Shown one piece after another: positions 1 to 9,369 of a DNA stretch of 64,000 nt (positions are counted from its first letter, which is position 1; the number at the start of each line of letters is the position of its first letter). The position numbers and the translations under genes are program-made. This DNA comes from Microcoleus sp. Its GTDB lineage: Bacteria; Cyanobacteriota; Cyanobacteriia; Cyanobacteriales; Microcoleaceae. The notes beneath the pieces are model-generated. The model saw only the letters and a list, made by a program, of their open reading frames with translations. It was not told the DNA's origin and did no database searches. The stretch is taken from positions 6,176,001 to 6,240,000 of the forward strand of contig CP181291.1 in NCBI GenBank assembly GCA_052279835.1, given 5' to 3'.

Positions 1-207
1 TAGATCTGGATCACTTATCCTCTTAAAGTGGAGAAGTCACTGTTTTAATAAGCGATTATTCGGAACATCGATCGAGATTTACATAGTCATAAAAATCGAG
101 TTCGCCCTTGTATTGAAAAAGTTCCATCGAAATAACAGACTATATCCATGCAGCCGGACTCGATCGAACTAAGCTAAACTAAGCTAGGTAAATGACTTGA
201 TATACTG

Positions 208-2166
208 ATGACTATTTTTACTCTACGATCGATCAAAAAAGACTTCGGCATCAAGGAACTGTTGACAGATGCCAGCTTCAGCCTCGATGAAGGCGATAAA
301 GTCGGACTCATCGGCACTAACGGTTCCGGGAAATCCACGCTGCTGAAGATGATTGCGGGCTTGGAGTCGATCGACTCTGGCGATCGCTGGGTGAATCCCG
401 GTGCTACAATTGTCTATCTCCCGCAACAGCCGGATTTGGACGAAAGTCACACGGTTTTAGAGCAAGTATTTGCTGACAGCGGCGAACAAATGGCTTTGGT
501 GCGCGAATACGAGGAGATTTCCGATAAATTGTCCCACCACCAAGGCGATACTGACAAGTTGATGGCGCGATTGTCTGCTGTATCCGAACGCATTGATGAA
601 GTAGATGCGTGGGATTTGGAAACTAAGGCCAAATTGATTTTGACCAAGTTGGGAATTGAGGATTTTGATGCCAAAATTGGCGATTTGTCCGGCGGTTATC
701 GCAAGCGAATTGCCTTAGCAACGGCTTTACTTTCGGAACCAGATGTGTTGTTGATGGATGAACCGACTAACCACTTGGATGCGCTTTCTGTGGAGTGGTT
801 GCAGAATTATTTGAATGGTTATCGCGGTGCTTTGTTGCTGATTACGCACGATCGCTATTTTCTCGATCGCGTTACCAATCGCATCCTGGAGATCGATCGC
901 GGCGATCTTTACAATTATGCTGGCAATTACGCTTATTACTTGGAGAAAAAAGCCCTAGCTGAAGAATCCGCCGCTAGCACTCAGCGCAAATTCTCCGGAG
1001 TATTGCGGCGCGAGTTGGAATGGCTCAAAAAAGGGCCGAAGGCGCGCAGTACCAAGCAAAAAGCTCGGATCGATCGCATTAAAGATATGCGCGCAGAAGA
1101 GTTCAAAACAGCCAACGGCAAAGTCGAAATTGCGACAGCGGGCCGCCGGATTGGCAAGAAAGTCATTGAGTTGTTGAATATCTGTAAAGCTTATGGCGAT
1201 CGCACTTTAATTAAAGATTTTACCTACAATTTCACTCCCGAAGACCGGATTGGAATTATTGGCTGCAACGGTGCGGGAAAATCGACGCTGATGGATATCA
1301 TCACCGGACGAATTCAGCCAGATTCTGGTACTGTCGAAATTGGGACAACGATTCACATCGGTTATTTCGACCAACATTCGGAGGATTTGACACCCAATGA
1401 AGACCAGCGAGTGATTGAATACCTCAAAAGTGTGGCAGAATTGGTGAAAACTGCCGATGGAGAAATCATTACGGCTTCTCAAATGTTGGAGAAGTTTCTG
1501 TTTCCGCCAATTCAACAGTATGCACCGATTAGCAAACTTTCCGGCGGGGAAAAGCGCAGGTTATTTCTGTTGAAGGTGTTGATGAGTGCGCCGAATTTGC
1601 TGATTTTGGACGAACCGACGAACGATTTGGATGTGCAGACTTTGGCGGTGTTGGAAGATTATTTAGAGGATTTTAACGGCTGTGTAATTGTAGTATCTCA
1701 CGATCGCTATTTTCTCGATCGCACAATTGACATGGTTTTCGCCTTAGAACCGGGCGGAAATTTGCGTTTGTATCCTGGTAATTATTCGGTGTATTTGGAT
1801 CACAAGAAAGCGGAAGAAGCGAAGGAACTTAAAGCACAAAAAAATCCTAGCAAAACACCACAATCTGCTGCTAACCCCCCCAACCAGGGCGGGCACGGGG
1901 GCACCGCCCCTACAAAGGGGGGAGAAAGTCAGGAATCGGAGAAGCCGCGCAAACTTACGTTTAATGAAAAGCGGGAATACGAGAAGTTAGAAGTTAAGAT
2001 TCCCCAGATGGAAGCGGAGAAAGCAGAGATTGAAAAGATGTTGTCGGAAAATCCTCCCAGTGGGTTTGGTGAGGTGAAAAAGTTATCCGAACGTTTAGTC
2101 CAATTGACTCAAGAGATCGATCGGGCTACCGAGAAATGGTTAGAATTAGCGGAACGGGTGAGTTAA
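208..2166 (+). CDS. ABC-F family ATP-binding protein (Uup-like)
   Basis: Two ABC cassettes (GTNGSGKST/LSGGY/DEPTNHLD and GCNGAGKST/LSGGE/DEPTNDLD), a GPKARSTK linker, a C-terminal coiled coil and no TM segments. Confidence 0.93.
   Translation: MTIFTLRSIKKDFGIKELLTDASFSLDEGDKVGLIGTNGSGKSTLLKMIAGLESIDSGDRWVNPGATIVYLPQQPDLDESHTVLEQVFADSGEQMALVREYEEISDKLSHHQGDTDKLMARLSAVSERIDEVDAWDLETKAKLILTKLGIEDFDAKIGDLSGGYRKRIALATALLSEPDVLLMDEPTNHLDALSVEWLQNYLNGYRGALLLITHDRYFLDRVTNRILEIDRGDLYNYAGNYAYYLEKKALAEESAASTQRKFSGVLRRELEWLKKGPKARSTKQKARIDRIKDMRAEEFKTANGKVEIATAGRRIGKKVIELLNICKAYGDRTLIKDFTYNFTPEDRIGIIGCNGAGKSTLMDIITGRIQPDSGTVEIGTTIHIGYFDQHSEDLTPNEDQRVIEYLKSVAELVKTADGEIITASQMLEKFLFPPIQQYAPISKLSGGEKRRLFLLKVLMSAPNLLILDEPTNDLDVQTLAVLEDYLEDFNGCVIVVSHDRYFLDRTIDMVFALEPGGNLRLYPGNYSVYLDHKKAEEAKELKAQKNPSKTPQSAANPPNQGGHGGTAPTKGGESQESEKPRKLTFNEKREYEKLEVKIPQMEAEKAEIEKMLSENPPSGFGEVKKLSERLVQLTQEIDRATEKWLELAERVS
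1874..1922. repeat. REP-like palindrome inside the ABC-F coding sequence
   Basis: GGGCGGGCACGGGGGCACCGCCCCTAC (1887-1913) sits between C-run and G-run arms and is translated in frame as GGHGGTAPT. A related copy lies at about 36988-37015. Confidence 0.7.
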
Positions 2167-2212
2167 TCCGATTTGAGTTTTTTAATTGGGGAGTTTAGAT
2201 TGGGAATAGCTC

Positions 2213-3331
2213 ATGTTGAAACGGATATACATTGACAATTTTCGCTGTCTGGTTAATTTTGAAATTGACCTTGATGCAATTAATTTATTTCTGGGTACTA
2301 ACGGTTCTGGAAAATCAACTGTTTTTGAAGTATTGCAGAAAATCCAAGCATTGGTCAGCGGCGACAGTAAGGTAGAAGGAATTTTTAAACCAGCGGACTG
2401 CACCCGCTGGCAAACTTTAAAAATTCAGCGTTTCGAGCTAGAAATTCTCGGTAATGGCGGCTGCTACACATATCAATTAGGAATTGATCATAATCCAGAT
2501 AAATGTCGTGTTGGGTACGAGCGTCTGTTCTTTGATAACCAGCCTTTACTAAAATTTGAATTAGGCGAAGTTCAACTCTATCGAGACAATCATTCAGAGG
2601 GGCCACAATACCAGTTTGACTGGTCGCAATCGATGCTGCCTTCATTGATGCCAAGAAATGACAACACGAAGTTAACTTGGTTTAGAGAACGGATGGCGCG
2701 ATTTATCATCGTGCAAGTTGTTCCCAGCTTGATGGTTGATGAAAGTAGCCAAGAACAAATGCGTTTGACTCCTAAGATGGAAAATTTTGTTTCTTGGTAT
2801 CGCTACTTATCTGAAGATCAAGGTAAAGTTGCTGAAATTGGCAATATTTTAAAAGATGTTTTGAATGGATTCAACAATTTTAAGTTTGAGCGATTCAGCG
2901 AAGATAATTTGGTGTTAAAACTGCGGTTTTCAGGAGAAAAAGATAACAGCAAGCCAATTGAATATCGTCTCAGAGAATTGTCGGACGGACAAAAAACATT
3001 AGTTGCTTTATACGCGCTGATTCACGGTACAAAATCTGAAGACTATACTTTGTGGATTGATGAACCGGAAAACTTTTTAGCATTGCCAGAAATTCAACCC
3101 TGGCTGATTGAGATTTATGACCTTTGTAGTGATGGTAAACTTCAAGCTTTACTAATTTCTCACCATCCTGAGTTAATCAACTATCTTTTAGTTTCACCAA
3201 TTGGCTATTGGTTTGAACGTCAAAGTAATGCTGCGGTTAGACTCAAAAAAATTAGCAATGAAGTAGCTGACAATTCTGGATTGCCAGTTTCTGAACTGAT
3301 TGCACGGGGATGGTTGAATGAGTCAGCGTAG
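2213..3331 (+). CDS. AAA_21/AbiEii-like ABC ATPase
   Basis: N-terminal IxNFR motif, Walker A GTNGSGKST, signature LSDGQ, Walker B WIDEPE and H-loop SHH. Confidence 0.88.
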   Translation: MLKRIYIDNFRCLVNFEIDLDAINLFLGTNGSGKSTVFEVLQKIQALVSGDSKVEGIFKPADCTRWQTLKIQRFELEILGNGGCYTYQLGIDHNPDKCRVGYERLFFDNQPLLKFELGEVQLYRDNHSEGPQYQFDWSQSMLPSLMPRNDNTKLTWFRERMARFIIVQVVPSLMVDESSQEQMRLTPKMENFVSWYRYLSEDQGKVAEIGNILKDVLNGFNNFKFERFSEDNLVLKLRFSGEKDNSKPIEYRLRELSDGQKTLVALYALIHGTKSEDYTLWIDEPENFLALPEIQPWLIEIYDLCSDGKLQALLISHHPELINYLLVSPIGYWFERQSNAAVRLKKISNEVADNSGLPVSELIARGWLNESA

Positions 3332-3875
3332 AGTTCAGATTGTCATTCTCTGCGAGGACAGACAGCAGGAGGTTTTTGCTCGTTATTTCCTGAAAAAGCG
3401 AGGTTTTACAGGTCTATTTCGGACTAATATATGTCCTGCTGGTAGCCAATCTGGAGAACAGTATGTACGCAGTCAGTATCCGGTGGAAGTGAAAGCTTAT
3501 CGCCAGAATAAAAACCGGGTGTCGATCGCATTAGTGGTGTTAATTGATGCAGATAGGGGTACGCTGCAAGACAGACTAAATCAGTTAGCTAGTATACTTG
3601 ATGAAGATGCTCAGGAACAGAGGCGATCGGATGAGGCGATCGCAATATTCGTTCCCAAGCGCAATATTGAGACTTGGATACACTACTTGCAGGGAGAAAC
3701 TGTGAATGAGGAGGATGCTTATGCAAAATATGAGAAAAATGAGGCTGTTTGCAAGACCTATGTTGAGAATTTAGCCGATCGATGTTATGCTCAGGACTTA
3801 CCAGAAGATGCACCGCCATCGCTTCAAGCAGCTTGTGGGGAATTACAGCGACTATTACCACTTTTAGAGCAATGA
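3318..3875 (+). CDS. TOPRIM-like protein partnering the ATPase (DUF4276/DUF4435-like)
   Basis: ILCED (catalytic Glu), LIDAD (DxD) and NIETW motifs; overlaps the ATPase stop by 14 bp. Confidence 0.65.
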   Translation: MSQRRVQIVILCEDRQQEVFARYFLKKRGFTGLFRTNICPAGSQSGEQYVRSQYPVEVKAYRQNKNRVSIALVVLIDADRGTLQDRLNQLASILDEDAQEQRRSDEAIAIFVPKRNIETWIHYLQGETVNEEDAYAKYEKNEAVCKTYVENLADRCYAQDLPEDAPPSLQAACGELQRLLPLLEQ

Positions 3876-3941
3876 GTTAATCACTAATAGATGATATTGT
3901 GTAATCGAAAGGAAATTTGATGAGAGCGATAATTATAAATT

Positions 3942-4562
3942 CTAAAATCGATTGACTGCCTTTGCTGTCATCATCCCCCAAAACCAATCGATTTTGTATC
4001 GTTCGATTGCAATTTCTTGCAATCCCTCATCTCGCATCATCGCTTGAAGTTCAGCCACTCCATAGGTGCGCAAATGAGCGGGATGGAAACACCGCAGGAA
4101 AAAGTCACAAACCTTGCAAGTTAAGTAATCATAACACCAATCTGTAATCACTAGACGACCGTTGGGTTTGAGAACCCGTTTTGCTTCTTGGAGTGCCTGG
4201 GATGGAGCTCGAAAGAAATGAAAGGCGCTGGTTGATACTACTATATCAAAATAGTTACTGGCCCAGGGCAGGTTGTCAGCGCTACCTAGTTTTAAATCCA
4301 CAAATTCCGGTAGCTTGTGTTTGGCAATTTCCAGCATTTCGGCACTAGCATCAATTCCGACAACCTCTGATTCTGGGGACACCTGCAACAGACGCTGGAT
4401 TAAAACTCCGGTGCCACAACCAAGGTCTAAAATACGCTCTCTTGGCTTAATTTCTAGATGATTGAGTGTTTTCTCAACCGTCGCATTTACATAAAATGAC
4501 CAGCGACGATCGTATTGTTCTGCAAGTCTAGCATACTCTTTTTGAACAGGGTCTGAGTACAT
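3942..4562 (-). CDS. Class I SAM-dependent methyltransferase
   Basis: ILDLGCGTG motif I, VVGIDAS and LKPNG post-II motif. Confidence 0.92.
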   Translation of the reverse strand: MYSDPVQKEYARLAEQYDRRWSFYVNATVEKTLNHLEIKPRERILDLGCGTGVLIQRLLQVSPESEVVGIDASAEMLEIAKHKLPEFVDLKLGSADNLPWASNYFDIVVSTSAFHFFRAPSQALQEAKRVLKPNGRLVITDWCYDYLTCKVCDFFLRCFHPAHLRTYGVAELQAMMRDEGLQEIAIERYKIDWFWGMMTAKAVNRF

Positions 4563-4620
4563 AATTTTTAATACTTAAGCAAATGTGGTGTCAACTGATT
4601 CCTCACCCAAAATACGCAGA

Positions 4621-4647
4621 GCCCGGACTTTGGAAAGAAGTCCGGGC
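4621..4647. terminator. Inverted repeat, probable terminator
   Basis: GCCCGGACTT-loop-AAGTCCGGGC, downstream of the minus-strand gene 4700-5146. Confidence 0.55.
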
Positions 4648-4699
4648 TCTGACACAATAGAAGTTTACGTTTAGTTTGAGCGACGTACTTATCTACTGT

Positions 4700-5146
4700 C
4701 TAATTACCAAAAGCATCCTTGATGCTATCAACAGTGCGCTCAATAGCGTTCTTTGTGTTGTCTACTGCTTTTTGAGTCCGGGCGGAATCTTCTTCTGCTC
4801 TTTTCTCAATGGTGGCTGCATCTTTTTTGGCTTTGCGCTCTGCGACACTACCGTCTTCGGTTGCTCGATCGACTTTAGCTGCATTAGTTTTGGCTGTTTC
4901 CTTCACCTTATCTTCCGTGTCTCGGATGAAATTCTTGGCTCGTCCAGCATCTGTACTGGCTTTATCTTGAATTTTATCGCCCAGGTCTGCTGCTGCGATC
5001 GAATTTGCAAAAGGGGCGGCCATTGCTGAGGTGTTGGAGAAAAACGCACCTTGCCAAACAAAGGCGATCGCCGACAGACAAAGCACAGTTGCAGCCATCC
5101 AGCGTCTAGCAGTTGAAAACCGCTTCGTCAAGTAATTCACATTCAT
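4700..5146 (-). CDS. Secreted or membrane-anchored hydrophilic helical protein (LEA/CsbD-like stress protein)
   Basis: N-terminal hydrophobic segment followed by A/K/D/E/T-rich amphipathic repeats. Confidence 0.65.
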   Translation of the reverse strand: MNVNYLTKRFSTARRWMAATVLCLSAIAFVWQGAFFSNTSAMAAPFANSIAAADLGDKIQDKASTDAGRAKNFIRDTEDKVKETAKTNAAKVDRATEDGSVAERKAKKDAATIEKRAEEDSARTQKAVDNTKNAIERTVDSIKDAFGN

Positions 5147-5287
5147 AAAAATACGATCTCTATCAGGTATAGCCTCCTATTTGTAATCGATTTTACCGAT
5201 CGCCTCAATCTTTCTCCAGATAGAGGTTTTTAGGCCATCGCTGGTTAAAGGAATTCACTATTTGGATAGATGGTGATTATGGTCATT

Positions 5288-5908
5288 CTACGGTGTACGA
5301 TTTCCTGATTTGCTTTTTGCCTTCGCCGCCCTAGATTCCACTGTAAATGGTGGAATGTCTGCCAATTCTGTGGCGCTCAAACTGTATTGTTCGCAAACTA
5401 AACTCAGGCGAGTTCCACCGCTTGTCACCGCATTCACAGCATGAGTTAAATCTCCTTGAAAATACACGAGGGTATTTGCTTCTGGTTTAATCTGACCGAC
5501 TTGTTTTTTGTGACAGCGCAACACCAACTCTCCGCCTTCGAGATTTGTTGGTACTTGGATGTATAAAACGCTGACTGCTGCCGGAGGTTCCACCGTTTTG
5601 CAGTACGATCGCAAAGAGCGATCGATATGTGGATCGACACGGGAACCTTCTTTCAGCCACAGAGGGTTGAGATAAAAAGCATTGCAAGCTGGTTGTAGGG
5701 CTTGGTCTAGATAGGGTTTAAAGTATGGGAAACGCTGTTCTACTTGGGCGATTTCCGAACGTTGAAATACCACGGAAAAGCCTTTTGTACCGATGAAGTC
5801 GCGGTTGAGGTTATTGATGGCAAAATAAGGGGATGCGAGAATTGCTCCTCGCAAGTCGTTGAGATAAGTAATGGAGAAAGCGTTAGGATGCTTGCTGTAG
5901 TATTTCAA
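5288..5908 (-). CDS. 2OG-Fe(II) oxygenase
   Basis: PHID (HxD), EGGEL, distal His in THAV and the Arg of RLSLV. Confidence 0.85.
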   Translation of the reverse strand: MKYYSKHPNAFSITYLNDLRGAILASPYFAINNLNRDFIGTKGFSVVFQRSEIAQVEQRFPYFKPYLDQALQPACNAFYLNPLWLKEGSRVDPHIDRSLRSYCKTVEPPAAVSVLYIQVPTNLEGGELVLRCHKKQVGQIKPEANTLVYFQGDLTHAVNAVTSGGTRLSLVCEQYSLSATELADIPPFTVESRAAKAKSKSGNRTP

Positions 5909-6096
5909 GGAATTCTATAAATGTGCGATCGAGCAATATCCAGAATACATCATGGTATCAATATTTGCTGGAATGGCGATCGACTTTTCCCATCCCTCAG
6001 ACATGGTTGTCGATCGCACTTGACACCTGAAAAAATTTCGTGATATATAAAGTCTAGTTTTAATTCCGCCGATGATAAAATGAGTAAATATACCTG

Positions 6097-7239
6097 ATGA
6101 ACAGAAATCCACTAGCACCAGTGCTGCTCTCTTTCCTAGGCTTAGCCTTAACTTTTATAATTTCGAGTTATTCTGATGTTGCAGCTCAAAAGGCTCCCAG
6201 AAATTCCTCCGTCCCTGCACCGCCACAAACCACAACAGCAACTGTGACTCGGCCAAGAGCCAAACTCCCAGAAGCCAAACCTTCTCTCAAAATTTCTCCC
6301 AACCCTGACAAGCCAACAGAAGTTGCTGTGGGTTTCTACCTAATCAACCTCGGTCGCATTAATCAATCAGATGAAACTTTTGATGTCAGCGGTTATCTGT
6401 CCGCAAATTGGCAAGACGAGCGTCTAGCATTTGACCCGAAAGTAGTTGGAGACACGGAAAAGCGTGAAAATCCAGAACAAGTATGGGAACCAGCTTTAAC
6501 GATTGTTAATGCTCAATCAGCAGCAAAAAAGACGGCTGTGTCAATCACTGCCAAACCCGACGGCAATGTGAATTATTTAGAACTTGTTAATACTACTCTA
6601 TCGTCTGACTTAGATTTGAGAAAGTTTCCCTTTGATTCGCAAAAAGCTCAGGTTGTTTTGGAATCTCTGTTTTTTGATGACCGAACTCTGGTTTTGCACA
6701 ACGATCCAAAGCTAACTGGATATAGCAAAGATTCTTTTGTTTCTTTGTCCGAATGGCAAATTCTTGACGTCAATACTACAGTCACTCCCCAAAAATTTGC
6801 ACCTGACGGTAAGAATTATTCGCGATATACTTTTGAACTCAAACTCAAGCGCAATTACCAATTTTATATCTTTAAAGTTTTTATTCCCCTGCTGCTAATT
6901 ACGCTGCTTTCTTGGGCTACTTTTTGGATGGATTCCAACGCAACTTTTTCCACTCAGATGAGTGTCGGCATGACCAGCACCCTCACGGCAATCACTTTTA
7001 ATTTTACTGTTGCTAATGCTTTGCCGAGATTATCTTACCTAACTATGCTGGACGCATACATATTTATCTGTTATATCTTTTTCTTTTTGTCGATCGTGGC
7101 CAATGTCACTGTACATTTATTGTTACAAGACAACAAAAAACCTGACTTGATATATGAGAACATCCGCAGATTGCGCTGGATTTTTCCCTTGGCTTTTGTT
7201 GTCTTGCAAGGGATTGTCATCACCTTATTTTTGGTATGA
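6097..7239 (+). CDS. Prokaryotic pentameric ligand-gated ion channel (Pro-loop, GLIC/ELIC-like)
   Basis: Signal peptide, Pro/Thr linker, W-x-D-x-R-L, VWEP, LRKFPFDSQ Pro-loop, then four TM helices with LPRLSY in the M2-M3 loop. Confidence 0.9.
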   Translation: MNRNPLAPVLLSFLGLALTFIISSYSDVAAQKAPRNSSVPAPPQTTTATVTRPRAKLPEAKPSLKISPNPDKPTEVAVGFYLINLGRINQSDETFDVSGYLSANWQDERLAFDPKVVGDTEKRENPEQVWEPALTIVNAQSAAKKTAVSITAKPDGNVNYLELVNTTLSSDLDLRKFPFDSQKAQVVLESLFFDDRTLVLHNDPKLTGYSKDSFVSLSEWQILDVNTTVTPQKFAPDGKNYSRYTFELKLKRNYQFYIFKVFIPLLLITLLSWATFWMDSNATFSTQMSVGMTSTLTAITFNFTVANALPRLSYLTMLDAYIFICYIFFFLSIVANVTVHLLLQDNKKPDLIYENIRRLRWIFPLAFVVLQGIVITLFLV

Positions 7240-7264
7240 GCCAACTGAATCCATAAATATTGGA

Positions 7265-7294
7265 AAAACCCACTTGTGTTGAGCAAGTGGGTTT
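7265..7294 (+). terminator. Rho-independent terminator
   Basis: AAACCCACTTG-TGTTGAG-CAAGTGGGTTT just after the channel stop codon. Confidence 0.7.
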
Positions 7295-7882
7295 GTCGTC
7301 AATGTATTTTGATTTTATGGGAAAGTTCTAGGGGGTTTTTATAAGTAGATTTTATGTATTAGCTAAAGGTATTTTTGATTGGTTATATTACGATTCATGT
7401 TGTAAAAAAATGTAAAAAAATTATTGATAAAGATTCTGATTAAATTAACGATTTTGCGATATTTCAGAATCTATTACTAAAAAGTGATTAAGCTATGGTA
7501 CGATCGAAGTTATATAATTTGGCGCGAGTTATGACTATTAAAAAGCAGACTCTGTAATAGTTAAATCCTGAAACGTTTGTGGGTATTGGAATTGCGACGC
7601 TGATTTGGGTGAGAAACAAAAAAATGGGCTTGGTGAAAAAGTAAAGTAATATGAAGTAAAATTTTGTTTTGTATAAAAAATGGGGTAAAATTCTCTAGCA
7701 GTAGTTGAAAAGAAACTCAAAATATGGTATGGAGTCGGAGAGAATCAAAGATAGGTAGCCAAAGTAAGGCCGAGCAAAATCAAGAAAAAGTCGATCGCCC
7801 AGGAAGTTGGCTACAGGCTAAACATTTGGTGAGGAGTGAGTTACAATTCACCTGTTAAGGTGAAAGAACTGCTAAATTTTAA

Positions 7883-9300
7883 CTAGACAGACGGGAATTC
7901 CCCCGCTATAGGTGTACTCACTGTCTTCGGTGGGACGGGCGACTCGTGAGAAGACGATTGCGCCGCTCACCAGATGTGATGCGCAGCCAGCAGTAGATGA
8001 GCGGTGCATGAGGAAGCGAACAAATTCTTTGCATTTTTCTACGATCCTTTATACAATCTTACCAGAGAAGCCGATCGCCGATAATGTATCAAGCCTATAA
8101 GTTCCGAATCTATCCGACCACCGAGCAGCAGACGTATTTTGCGGGTGCTTTCGGTTGTTGTCGTTGGTTCTGGAATTATAGTTTGAATCTGTGTCAGCAA
8201 ACCTATAAAGATACGGGCAAAGGGTTAAACAGAAGTGTAATTCAAGAATTACTCCCAAATCTCAAAAAAGAGTACCCTTGGTTGACAAATGCTTATTCTC
8301 AATCACTCCAAGTAGTCGCACTAAACCTGTCTAATGCTTACAAGAACTTCTTCGACAAACGCGGTGGTTTTCCTCGCTTCAAGTCGAAGCATGGTAGACA
8401 GTCTATTAGTTATCCTCAGAATGTCAAAGTAGGTACAAGTTCTATCAAATTACCTATCATTGGCGAGGTGCATTGCATAATCCACAGAACATTAGATGGC
8501 ACTGTCAAAACCGTTACTATTTCCCAAAATACTGATGGTAAATACTATGCCTCGCTCTTGGTTGAGGATGGACGAAAAACACCGGAAAGTGATACTAATG
8601 GCAAGGCTATTGGTTTAGATGTTGGTCTGATAGACTTGGTTGTAACCAGTGATGGTAGTAAGTATGGGAATCCTAAGCACCTCAAGAAGCATAGCCGCAA
8701 TCTAAAGCGTAAGCAACAAAAACTAAGTCGTAAACAAAAAGGGAGTAAGACAAGATATAAGGCTAAACGATTATTAGCCAGAGTTCATTCAAAAATCCCA
8801 AGAGTCCGGGTCGATTTTCTACACAAACTATCCCGCAAGATAGTGGACGAAAACCAAGTCATTGCCGTAGAAAATCTGAATGTCAAAGGCATGGTACGTA
8901 ATCCTTGTCTAGCTAAAGCGATTAGTGATGCTGGATGGGGGATGTTTGGGACAATACTCAAGTATAAAGCTGAGAAATTAGGAAAAATCTACATTGAGAT
9001 AGACCGCTTTTTCCCTAGCTCCAAGACTTGTAATAATTGTCTCTACAAAGTATCGGAAATGCCCTTGAACCTGCGTCATTGGGATTGCCCTGAGTGTCAT
9101 AGTCGCAATGATAGAGATATCAATGCGGCAAGGAATATCAGGGATGAAGCCTTGCGGATTCTTGCATTAGGAACTAGTGCTGCTGCCAATGGACGGAATG
9201 TAAGTCAACCTGGTAAGACTTCGGTCTTGCTAGATGCTATTCCGGTTGAAGTTGGAAGCCCCCGTCATAGCGTACTCGCGCGGGCAGGTGGGTAGTTCAC
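7883..9300 (+). mobile_element. tnpB-only IS200/IS605-family element (IS1341-like)
   Basis: Related subterminal motifs at both ends (GAATTCCCCCGCTATAGGTGTACTC...GGTGGGA at 7895 and GAAGCCCCCGTCATAGCGTACTC...GGTGGGTAG at 9255). The right end is TTCAC at 9300. No tnpA is present, and the left boundary is approximate. Confidence 0.8.
8084..9295 (+). CDS. tnpB: RNA-guided endonuclease TnpB
   Basis: AYKFRIYP N-terminus, FPRFKSK, RuvC residues in GLDVG, VENL and DRDINAA, and zinc finger CNNC...CPEC. Confidence 0.95.
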   Translation: MYQAYKFRIYPTTEQQTYFAGAFGCCRWFWNYSLNLCQQTYKDTGKGLNRSVIQELLPNLKKEYPWLTNAYSQSLQVVALNLSNAYKNFFDKRGGFPRFKSKHGRQSISYPQNVKVGTSSIKLPIIGEVHCIIHRTLDGTVKTVTISQNTDGKYYASLLVEDGRKTPESDTNGKAIGLDVGLIDLVVTSDGSKYGNPKHLKKHSRNLKRKQQKLSRKQKGSKTRYKAKRLLARVHSKIPRVRVDFLHKLSRKIVDENQVIAVENLNVKGMVRNPCLAKAISDAGWGMFGTILKYKAEKLGKIYIEIDRFFPSSKTCNNCLYKVSEMPLNLRHWDCPECHSRNDRDINAARNIRDEALRILALGTSAAANGRNVSQPGKTSVLLDAIPVEVGSPRHSVLARAGG

Positions 9301-9369
9301 AATCATCCTGTAGAAGTAAGCTAAAAGTCTCAGGGTTTTCGACAGCTCGCGAATTAGAAAAAAAAAACT

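Noticed and set aside
1..207. Possible gene end at the window start
   Set aside because: No recognisable protein in any frame.
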